From positions 1 to 47,667 of IMG/VR virus record IMGVR_UViG_3300049166_000010: 47,667 bases of DNA. One strand, given 5' to 3'. The stretch comes from a virus. Lineage: Duplodnaviria; Caudoviricetes. Position numbers and translations under genes: made by a program. The notes beneath the pieces were generated by a model. The model had not been told where the DNA came from. It saw only the letters and a program-made list of their open reading frames with translations, and searched no databases. Of this stretch, positions 25,743-33,551 are shown piece after piece (position 1 is the first letter of the stretch; each line of letters opens with the position of its first letter).

Positions 25743-26744
25743 ATGGCAACTCTGACATCGACCTATCTCAACCTGATCGACGTTCATAAGTCCGATAACA
25801 ACATCGGGCCTGTGATCGAAGTTCTAAAGCAGCAAAACCCGATCCTCGATGACGCCGTTGCCATGGAATGCAACATGGGTGCCATCCACCGCCACGGCAT
25901 TCGCACTGGTCTGCCGACCCCAGCCTGGGGCCGTCTCTACCAGGGCATTCCGCAGTCCAAGTCTTCGATCCAGCAGGTCGATGATACCACAGGTTTCCTT
26001 GAAGCCCGTTCCGGTGTCGATACCCGCTTGCTCAAGCTGGCCTCGGACCCCGGCGCGATGCGTCTTGGTGAAGCCATGTCGCACATGGAAGCCATGAACC
26101 AGGAAATGGCGACGGGTCTGTTCTACCATGACACCGCGACCACACCTGAGAAGTTCAAGGGCTTTGCTGCACGCTACGGTACCAAGGGCGGTTCCGGCGC
26201 CGGCAACCAGATCGTTGATGCTGGCGGTGCTGGTTCGGACAATACCTCCGTATGGTTCGTGACATGGGGCGATCATGCCTCGCACCTGCTCTATCCCAAG
26301 GGCACCAAGGCCGGTATTGATCGGCAGGACAAGGGTGAGCAGCGCGTTACTGACGCGAATGGCGATGCTTACTATGTGAAAGAAGAAACCTTTGAGTGGC
26401 ACATCGGTCTGGCCGTCAAGGATTGGCGCTACAACGCTCGTATCGCGAACCTCGACGTTTCTGACGTGCTGGCCGATACGGTCGACATCCTCAAGTTCAT
26501 GCGCCAGGCTTATTACAAGCTCCAGTCTCGACGTCTCGACAGCAAGACGAGCCGCATGGCGATCTACATGAACCGCACCATCCTGGAAGCCCTAGATGCA
26601 CGCACCTCTCCGACCGGCACCTCGGCGTCGACTGCGTTGCAGCTTACGCGTAAGGAACTGGAAGGCCAGGAAGTGCTGACCTATCGCGGCATTCCGATCC
26701 GTGAGACTGACGCCCTACTGAACACAGAGGCGCGTGTCGTTTGA
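25743..26744 (+). CDS. Major capsid protein (Bbp17-like)
   Basis: IRTGLPTPAWGRLYQG, NTSVWFVTWG, VKDWRYNARIAN, RGIPIRETDALLNTEARVV. Confidence 0.95.
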   Translation: MATLTSTYLNLIDVHKSDNNIGPVIEVLKQQNPILDDAVAMECNMGAIHRHGIRTGLPTPAWGRLYQGIPQSKSSIQQVDDTTGFLEARSGVDTRLLKLASDPGAMRLGEAMSHMEAMNQEMATGLFYHDTATTPEKFKGFAARYGTKGGSGAGNQIVDAGGAGSDNTSVWFVTWGDHASHLLYPKGTKAGIDRQDKGEQRVTDANGDAYYVKEETFEWHIGLAVKDWRYNARIANLDVSDVLADTVDILKFMRQAYYKLQSRRLDSKTSRMAIYMNRTILEALDARTSPTGTSASTALQLTRKELEGQEVLTYRGIPIRETDALLNTEARVV

Positions 26745-26750
26745 CCATAG

Positions 26751-26778
26751 CGTTGCGGTTATCACAATGACCGCAACG
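26751..26778. promoter_or_regulatory. Hairpin containing an operator palindrome (26752-26768) after the MCP stop
   Basis: CGTTGCGGTT-ATCACAAT-GACCGCAACG; GTTGCG-GTTAT-CACAAT. Confidence 0.65.
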
Positions 26779-26804
26779 GTTTCACCCATTGAAGGAACCC
26801 AGAA

Positions 26805-27242
26805 ATGATCTTCGACCGCACTCTACTGTTCTCGAACGCGCAGGCTGTCACAGCCACGGCGCCATCGACGGACACTGTTGACCTGCTCGCCACGGGCACC
26901 GTTTACGGCGCTGCTGCTGCCATCACCAAGGATATCGGCAAAGGCGCCTCGATCCCGCTCCAAATCCAGGTTGTTGAGGCGTTCAACACGCTGACCAGCC
27001 TAACCGTCACCGTCCAGTGCGATGACAACTCCGGCTTCACCTCGGCCAAGGATGTCATGTCCGTGACGCTGCCACTGGCCTCGCTCGTTGCTGGCCGCAC
27101 CTTCCCGATCGTCGCCGTCCCGCCTGGCGTGAATGAACGCTACATGCGGCTCAACTACACCGTGACCGGCACGGCTCCAACTCTGGGGCGCATTACTGCC
27201 GGCGTCACCATGGGCGGGCAGACCAACGGCGTGAACTTCTAA
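26805..27242 (+). CDS. Capsid cement/decoration protein (Bbp16-like)
   Basis: MIFDRTLLFSNAQAVTATAPST...RYMRLNYTV...GRITAG. Confidence 0.9.
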   Translation: MIFDRTLLFSNAQAVTATAPSTDTVDLLATGTVYGAAAAITKDIGKGASIPLQIQVVEAFNTLTSLTVTVQCDDNSGFTSAKDVMSVTLPLASLVAGRTFPIVAVPPGVNERYMRLNYTVTGTAPTLGRITAGVTMGGQTNGVNF

Positions 27243-27269
27243 TCGCCAGGCGCGAGAAAGGTACTGAAA

Positions 27270-27839
27270 ATGATTGAAGTTACTGCAATCGCGAATGGCT
27301 ACTACGGCCAGAAGGTTCGCGTTCCCGGCGAGAAGTTCGGCATTGAAAAGCCCGAACATTTCTCGATCACATGGATGGCCTCCGACGACGCCAAGGTTAA
27401 GGCGTTCGTCAAGGAACAAGCCAACGCCAAGCCCGACGATGGTCCGACCTATAAGGTTGCTCCAGCGCCAGGCGCAACCGAAGCCACCCGCGCTGCCGAG
27501 CAACGCGCTCAGCGGCACAAGGACTGGTTGGCTGATAACGGTCACGCCGACGCTCCCGAGGTCGAAGGCACCCGCCGCATCAACACCGGTGGCACTGACG
27601 GCGTTGTGGGCGCGAACATCCCCAAGGCCGGCGTCAAGCTCTCAGCTCAGGAACGCGTTGCCGCAGCTCGCGCACTGACTGGCCGTGATGACATCACGAC
27701 CGCCAAGGAAGCCGACACGATCCTTGCCGCTGCCCAGGCGACGGGCGGCTCCGACAATGATGATCGCTCGCGCGACTTCGCCAGCGATCCATCGCAGAAT
27801 GCGCCGACGCCTGACACCGCGACTGACGGCGACATCTAA
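27270..27839 (+). CDS. Hypothetical head-region protein
   Basis: VTAIANGYYG...PGEKF...WM N-terminal motif; AAGG RBS. Confidence 0.75.
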   Translation: MIEVTAIANGYYGQKVRVPGEKFGIEKPEHFSITWMASDDAKVKAFVKEQANAKPDDGPTYKVAPAPGATEATRAAEQRAQRHKDWLADNGHADAPEVEGTRRINTGGTDGVVGANIPKAGVKLSAQERVAAARALTGRDDITTAKEADTILAAAQATGGSDNDDRSRDFASDPSQNAPTPDTATDGDI

Positions 27840-27852
27840 CCCCTGCCAGGGT

Positions 27853-27880
27853 GGGGCTGGGTTCGCTCAGCCCCTTTAAT
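27853..27880 (+). terminator. Intrinsic terminator
   Basis: GGGGCTGGG-TTCG-CTCAGCCCC-TTTAAT. Confidence 0.75.
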
Positions 27881-27893
27881 TACGGGGTAATCC

Positions 27894-29414
27894 ATGCCTT
27901 TGAGCGACTTCGACGGCGCGACATTCTGGCCTGCGATTAAGCAGTTTGTGATCGACATGGGTGTCGAGGAAATATCCTTGGGCGAGCCCGAGGATGAAAG
28001 CTGGCCCAAGATTTTCGAGGCCATGGAATTGAACGGCACCCCGCTGTCGTTTGGCATGGACCAAGGGCAGATCATGCGCACGCTTACTGCCGCCCTCGCT
28101 ACGGGCGGGTGGGGGCCTCCGAATGGATTTCTGTTTCCGTTTGCGAGTTACCCGATCTCCATCCGCAGAAGCGGACCGACCTATACGACCTCGTTTGATC
28201 CCGAAACTTATGCCGCAGCCGCATTGAACGGCATTCCGTACTATGTGGATTTCGTAACCGGGAACAACGCCAACACGGGTTTGAGCCCGTCGCAGAAGCT
28301 CAAGTCGACACATGCTGCGATAACCAAGGCCAACAGTGCTGGCTTGCCGTTCCACATCATCCAGACGGGCGGGGGCGCTGTCCCGCGCAGCCATGGCCCA
28401 ACCAACACGGCTACTGTGTTCCCTACCCAGCCATGCGCTCTGATTGCTGATGGCGCTCGCGTCATATCAGGCGCTTTCGATGACCTCACTTGGACGGTCA
28501 ACGCCACCTATTCCAATGTCTATCAGGCCTCGCGGACGAACGTTCTCCGGGTCATCGACATGGCGAACAACGACAGCTTCGGCAATTATGTCGAACTGGC
28601 AATGGTGGCCGATCTCGCCACCTGCGCAGCGACAGAAAATAGCTGGGCGCTTGTCGCTGGCATTCTTTACGTCAACCGTGCCGACAATGCAGTTGTAGCG
28701 AACGCCAACACACGGGCGCTCCTGCTGGTAGACAACATGAAGCTGACGAGCGTTTGCAAGGACTTCTACGTCAAGGGCTTCGACTTCCTTGGGGGGCAAG
28801 GCGGCACCTTTCAAGCGAACGGTGTCGTTGGCAACGTCATTGCCGAAGATTGCACGATGAAGTTCTCTGGTGGCCCTGCATCGCTGGAGGATGGAGTTCG
28901 CCTAATCGATGTGCGGGGGCTCAGCGCCTTCGTCAATTGCGTGTCGAGCGCAAATGCAAAGGATGGTTTCAACGCCCATCGCGGGACTGGCGACCCTCTA
29001 ACTATGTTCCTGCTGACGATCAATTGTATAGGCCGTGACAATGGCCGGTTCACCTCGCAGTCCAACAACTTTTGGACGCTCCACGAGGATGTTGTCGGCA
29101 TCGACGTGAACGGCATAGGCGAAGATAATTACGGCTGCACTTTCCACATTATCGACAGCTCCCAAGCGTGGGCTGTGGGAACGCAGGCGCGGCGCAGCAA
29201 GGGCGATATTGTTCTTGGTGGTGGCCTAGCCCCGCAGGAGTTCCGCACCGAGGGCACATCAATGATGTGGCTCCAGGATACAATCGCAGAAACGACGAAC
29301 CCTGCAAATTGGGCGCTCGCTGCCCGACATACTTCATCCATTCTCAAGCGTCGGCACACCACGGTATCAGGCGTGGAGTTCGCAGATGCCGGGGCCACCA
29401 TCGGGAGGTGGTGA
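27894..29414 (+). CDS. Predicted right-handed beta-helix (pectin-lyase-like) protein; possible head fibre/depolymerase
   Basis: YYVDFVTGNNANTGLSP...LKSTHAAI cap motif; NCVSSANAKDGFNAH and NCIGRDNG rungs. Confidence 0.7.
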   Translation: MPLSDFDGATFWPAIKQFVIDMGVEEISLGEPEDESWPKIFEAMELNGTPLSFGMDQGQIMRTLTAALATGGWGPPNGFLFPFASYPISIRRSGPTYTTSFDPETYAAAALNGIPYYVDFVTGNNANTGLSPSQKLKSTHAAITKANSAGLPFHIIQTGGGAVPRSHGPTNTATVFPTQPCALIADGARVISGAFDDLTWTVNATYSNVYQASRTNVLRVIDMANNDSFGNYVELAMVADLATCAATENSWALVAGILYVNRADNAVVANANTRALLLVDNMKLTSVCKDFYVKGFDFLGGQGGTFQANGVVGNVIAEDCTMKFSGGPASLEDGVRLIDVRGLSAFVNCVSSANAKDGFNAHRGTGDPLTMFLLTINCIGRDNGRFTSQSNNFWTLHEDVVGIDVNGIGEDNYGCTFHIIDSSQAWAVGTQARRSKGDIVLGGGLAPQEFRTEGTSMMWLQDTIAETTNPANWALAARHTSSILKRRHTTVSGVEFADAGATIGRW

Positions 29415-29506
29415 TGTTGTACCTCGTGATGAGTTGCGTCATCACAGCTTCAGTTGCTTTCGCCGTCGGCGCTTTGCTGGGTCACCTATCCTCCCTGAGG
29501 GGCTAA
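29414..29506 (+). CDS. 30-aa single-TM peptide
   Basis: GGAGG RBS, TGATG coupling; MLYLVMSCVITASVAFAVGALLGHLSSLRG. Confidence 0.5.
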   Translation: MLYLVMSCVITASVAFAVGALLGHLSSLRG

Positions 29507-29590
29507 CCCCCACGCCCCCACATCAATTGTGGGGGATACTGATCCCCAAACCATCAACTGGCAGGGTTCCGCAAAACAGGCGGGACCCTT

Positions 29591-30193
29591 ATGTCGTCAG
29601 TCATCTCGATCTGCAATCTTGCCCTGTCCAACATCGGCAAGTCCGACATCCAGGACATTGACGAAGCGAGCGCCGAGGCCAAGGCGTGCAAGCAGTTCTA
29701 TGAGCATACGCGCGACGTGCTGCTCCAGTCCTATCCGTGGCGGTTTGCCACAATTACGGCGGCGCTTGCCAGCGTCACGAACACCAAGGCCGATCGGTGG
29801 GAGTATGCGTATCAGCGCCCGAATGATTGCCTGAAAGTCATCAGGATCACTGATGTTTATGATCTGCCGTATTCGGCCAGCGATGGCTCACTGATCATTG
29901 CCGGAGCGCACGCCTACCACATCGAGGGCGACAAGCTGTTTTGCTATCTGGCGCCCGCGTACCTAACGTACACGCGCCGGCTGGTGGACCCTTCCAAGTA
30001 TCCGCCGCTGTTCATCGAGGCTCTGGCCTGGCACCTGGCCGTGCGCCTTGCGATGCCCTTGACGCGCGATCCCAAGATCCGGGCCGACGCCTACCAACTC
30101 GCCGTCCAGACGTTCGGGCAGGCTGGTGTGGCCGATGCCAATGAAGTGCGCGAGGTCGAGGACGTTCCCTCGCGTGCGATCGAGGCGCGGTAA
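29591..30193 (+). CDS. Tail adaptor / tail tubular protein A-like
   Basis: SVISICNLALSNIG, YPWRFA, YQRPNDCL, LFIEALAWHLA. Confidence 0.88.
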   Translation: MSSVISICNLALSNIGKSDIQDIDEASAEAKACKQFYEHTRDVLLQSYPWRFATITAALASVTNTKADRWEYAYQRPNDCLKVIRITDVYDLPYSASDGSLIIAGAHAYHIEGDKLFCYLAPAYLTYTRRLVDPSKYPPLFIEALAWHLAVRLAMPLTRDPKIRADAYQLAVQTFGQAGVADANEVREVEDVPSRAIEAR

Positions 30194-32577
30194 TGGCTGA
30201 CCTCCGCGCCTACCAACCCTCCTTCACTGCCGGCGAACTCAGCCCTGCGCTCTGGGCGCGTGTCGATCTGGCGAAATACTCAACCGGCCTCAAGACTGCG
30301 GTGAACATCTTCATCCATGCCCATGGCGGCGCGTCGAACCGGCCCGGCCTGGAGTTTGTGCGGGAGATTAAAAACTCGGCTGACGGCGCACGGCTGATCG
30401 CATTCCAGTTCAACACCGAGCAGTCATATGTGCTGGAAGTAGGGACCGGATATGCTCGCGTTTTCCGCGACGGCGGCGTCATTCTGGCAGGCGCATCGCC
30501 ATACGAATTTACGGTGCCATATACCAGCGCCGACCTGGAAAACCTAACGTTCATTCAGGAGGCAGATGTCATGTATATCTGCCACGTCCTCTATGCGCCG
30601 CGCAAGCTCTCCAGGCTAGCCGACGACAATTGGGTCATGTCCGAGGTGACGTTTGCACCTCAGATCAGCCCGCCGACTGGCCTTGTTGGTTCCGCCTCGT
30701 TCAAGTTTCGGGGTGGAGATACTGGACAATGGGGGTTCCGCGTCACTTCTGTGTCGAGTACGGGCGCAGAAAGCGCAGCCTCGGCGCAATCCAACATCGT
30801 GACATTCCAGTGGGAAAACGATGACGGTCGATATATGCGCGTCACCTGGGACCCTGTTCCAAACGCCGTGAGCTATAAGGTTTACCGCAGCGCCGCCGAT
30901 AATCTCGGCTTCCTGGGTGAGACGTTCCAGCCCGAGATCGAGTTTCCCAGCGGCCCCGCGAATGGCGACGGTTCTGCCATACCGGGGTCGAGCGCTTCTG
31001 GTTCGCCTGCCGTTCCAACAGGGGCGGTCGCGTCGGTCCTGATCGGCAGGGAAATACAGTATGCCGTCTCGGCAGTGAAATCGGACAGCGGCGAGGAAAG
31101 CCTGCCATCTGCACCGATCACGTTGCGGAATGATATGCGGTTTGTCGGCAACCGGAACAATCTGAGCTGGGATGCCGTGGCCGGGGCGTCTGCTTATATC
31201 GTTTACAAGGAAAGCAACGGCTCGTTTGGGTACATCGGGCGCACTGATGGAACCTCATTTACGGACGAGAACATAACGGCTGACGTGTCTGACGCGCCTC
31301 AAACAGCACGCAATCCATTCTCCGGCGCCGGGAATTACCCACGGTGCGCTGCGTTCGTGGATCAGCGCCTGGCGTTCGCGTCCTCGGTGAATGAACCTCA
31401 GGCCGTGTGGACATCGCAGTCAGCGAACTATGAAAACTTCGGCGTAGCATCGCCGGCCAAAGAAAACGACGCGATCACGTTCCGTCTCAGGGCTCGGCAG
31501 GTGCAGGAGATCCGGTCGATGATCGGGTTCCGGGGTCTGATGCTGCTGGCCTCTGGTGGTGAGTTCATCGCGACGGGCACCGATGGCGAGTACCTGACTC
31601 CGAACGTCAAGATCACGCCGCAGGGGTATCGCGGCTCGTCCACGGTTCAGCCGGTGATCGTCGGCAACACCATCCTGTTTGCGCAGGATCGAGGCGGCGT
31701 CGTGCGCGATTTCTCCTATGAGTTCCAGGAAGACAGCTTTGTCGGCAAGGACCTGACGATCCTGTCGCGGCACATGTTTGAGGGCAAGAACATCAAGCAG
31801 TGGGGCTATGCGCAGGCGCCGAACTCGATCGTTTGGGTGATCCTTGATGATGGCTCGCTGGTGTCGCTGACATACCTGAAAGAACATGATGTATGGGGTT
31901 GGACCCGGCATGAGACGGACGGCGTTTTCGAGGATATTGTCGTGATAGCCGAGGGCGTCGAGGACGTTCCGTACTTCATCGTGCGGCGTGAAATCGACGG
32001 CGTTCAGCGCCGGTATATTGAGCGGCTGCACACGCGCGAGTTTGACACTGTTGTCGATGCGTTTTTTGTCGATAGCGGCCTGTCATACGAGGGTGCGCCT
32101 ATATCGGTGGTCACCCTGGCGCACCTTCGCGGTAAGCCGATTGTGGCACTGGTCGATGGCAATGTGGTGACGGGCCTGACTGCTGACGCGGTGACGGGAC
32201 AGGTGACGCTGCCGAATGCCGGGTCGGTGATCCATGCGGGTCTGGCGTACACGGCTGAGATGGAAACCCTCGACCTGGATCTGGGGCAGGTGGTCGGTCT
32301 GGGGTCAGTGCAAGGCCGCTGGAAATCGGTGTCCGAGGCAACGCTGCGGGTCGAGAAAACGCGCGGCATATGGACCGGGCCGACGCGCGACAATCTGGTC
32401 GAGTACAAGCAGCGTGCGACCGAGGCGTGGGATGAGGCTATATCAGCGTTCACTGGCGATATTACGATCACGCCGATGTGGGACTGGACGAAGGGCGGGA
32501 CGACCTGGGTCTGTCAGTTTGATCCGTTGCCGGTCACAGTGCTGGCGCTGATGCCGGATGTCACTGTTGGGAGGTGA
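30193..32577 (+). CDS. Tail nozzle / tail tubular protein B-like
   Basis: QPSFTAGELSP, HGGASNRPG, QRLAFAS, WGWTRHET, FFVDSG, PLPVTVLA. Confidence 0.9.
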   Translation: MADLRAYQPSFTAGELSPALWARVDLAKYSTGLKTAVNIFIHAHGGASNRPGLEFVREIKNSADGARLIAFQFNTEQSYVLEVGTGYARVFRDGGVILAGASPYEFTVPYTSADLENLTFIQEADVMYICHVLYAPRKLSRLADDNWVMSEVTFAPQISPPTGLVGSASFKFRGGDTGQWGFRVTSVSSTGAESAASAQSNIVTFQWENDDGRYMRVTWDPVPNAVSYKVYRSAADNLGFLGETFQPEIEFPSGPANGDGSAIPGSSASGSPAVPTGAVASVLIGREIQYAVSAVKSDSGEESLPSAPITLRNDMRFVGNRNNLSWDAVAGASAYIVYKESNGSFGYIGRTDGTSFTDENITADVSDAPQTARNPFSGAGNYPRCAAFVDQRLAFASSVNEPQAVWTSQSANYENFGVASPAKENDAITFRLRARQVQEIRSMIGFRGLMLLASGGEFIATGTDGEYLTPNVKITPQGYRGSSTVQPVIVGNTILFAQDRGGVVRDFSYEFQEDSFVGKDLTILSRHMFEGKNIKQWGYAQAPNSIVWVILDDGSLVSLTYLKEHDVWGWTRHETDGVFEDIVVIAEGVEDVPYFIVRREIDGVQRRYIERLHTREFDTVVDAFFVDSGLSYEGAPISVVTLAHLRGKPIVALVDGNVVTGLTADAVTGQVTLPNAGSVIHAGLAYTAEMETLDLDLGQVVGLGSVQGRWKSVSEATLRVEKTRGIWTGPTRDNLVEYKQRATEAWDEAISAFTGDITITPMWDWTKGGTTWVCQFDPLPVTVLALMPDVTVGR

Positions 32578-33040
32578 TCTGCGGGTAATCCCCGCCGAAT
32601 ATCATCACATCGCGCCGATCTCCATCCACATGCGGCAGGGTGATCGAGACGAGGTGCATGCGTCATCGGGCCGCTCGCCGTTCGATGCTCTGGAGTTCTC
32701 TCTGTCTCGGTCGACCGTAGCGCGCACGGTACTGATCGACGGGGTTCCGGCAGGCATGTTCGGGTGCGGTGATCTCAGCATTCTCGCGCGATCCGGCGCA
32801 CCCTGGCTGCTGGGCACTGATGACCTGGCTCTGGCACCGATGGCGTTCCTACGTACCTCGGTTGATTGGCGGGACAAACTATTCGAGCGGTATGACGTGC
32901 TGAGAAACCTTGTCGATGACCGGAACACTGCGTCGATCCGCTGGCTCAAATGGCTGGGGTTCAAATTCAGCGATCCGATCCCGGTGGGTCACGCCGGATT
33001 GCCGTTCCGGCTGTTTGAGTTGAGGGCCGCTGATGTGTGA
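32558..33040 (+). CDS. T7 gp13-like internal virion/assembly protein
   Basis: PWLLGTD, LRNLVDDRNTASIRWLKWLGF. Confidence 0.85.
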   Translation: MSLLGGDLRVIPAEYHHIAPISIHMRQGDRDEVHASSGRSPFDALEFSLSRSTVARTVLIDGVPAGMFGCGDLSILARSGAPWLLGTDDLALAPMAFLRTSVDWRDKLFERYDVLRNLVDDRNTASIRWLKWLGFKFSDPIPVGHAGLPFRLFELRAADV

Positions 33041-33551
33041 AATCGGAACTATTCTAGCCATCGGCTCTACGGTTCTCGGTGCTGCCGGCGCGATCCAGCA
33101 GGGCAATGCGGCTGCGGCGGCTGGCAAGTACAACGCCCAAGTCGCTGACATGAACGCGACCTTGAGCGAACGCCGTGCGCGTGATGCTCTCGAACGCGGC
33201 GAACGCGAGGAACAGCGCAAACGCTCTGAGGTCGCGGCACTCAAGGGGCGCCAGATTGCAGCCTCAGCCTCGAACGGGGTCGACCTGTCGTTCGGATCGC
33301 CGCTCGATATGATCGTTGACACTGCCGTCCTGGGTGAACTCGACGCGCTGACGATCCGCAAGAACACGGCAAACGAGGCTTATGATCATCGCGTGCAGGC
33401 CGTGAATGGCCGCGCGGAGGCAAGGCTGTCGAAGATGAATGCCAGTGCTGCCCAAACAGGCGGGTATCTGAACGCTGCCGGCACACTGCTCGGCGGGGCT
33501 GGCACGGCGTACAAGAACTATAAGCAACCGACCATTGGAGCAATTGCCTGA
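33033..33551 (+). CDS. Ejection protein (T7 gp14-like)
   Basis: MC start, hydrophobic Gly/Ala termini, NGVDLSFGSPLD. Confidence 0.82.
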   Translation: MCEIGTILAIGSTVLGAAGAIQQGNAAAAAGKYNAQVADMNATLSERRARDALERGEREEQRKRSEVAALKGRQIAASASNGVDLSFGSPLDMIVDTAVLGELDALTIRKNTANEAYDHRVQAVNGRAEARLSKMNASAAQTGGYLNAAGTLLGGAGTAYKNYKQPTIGAIA

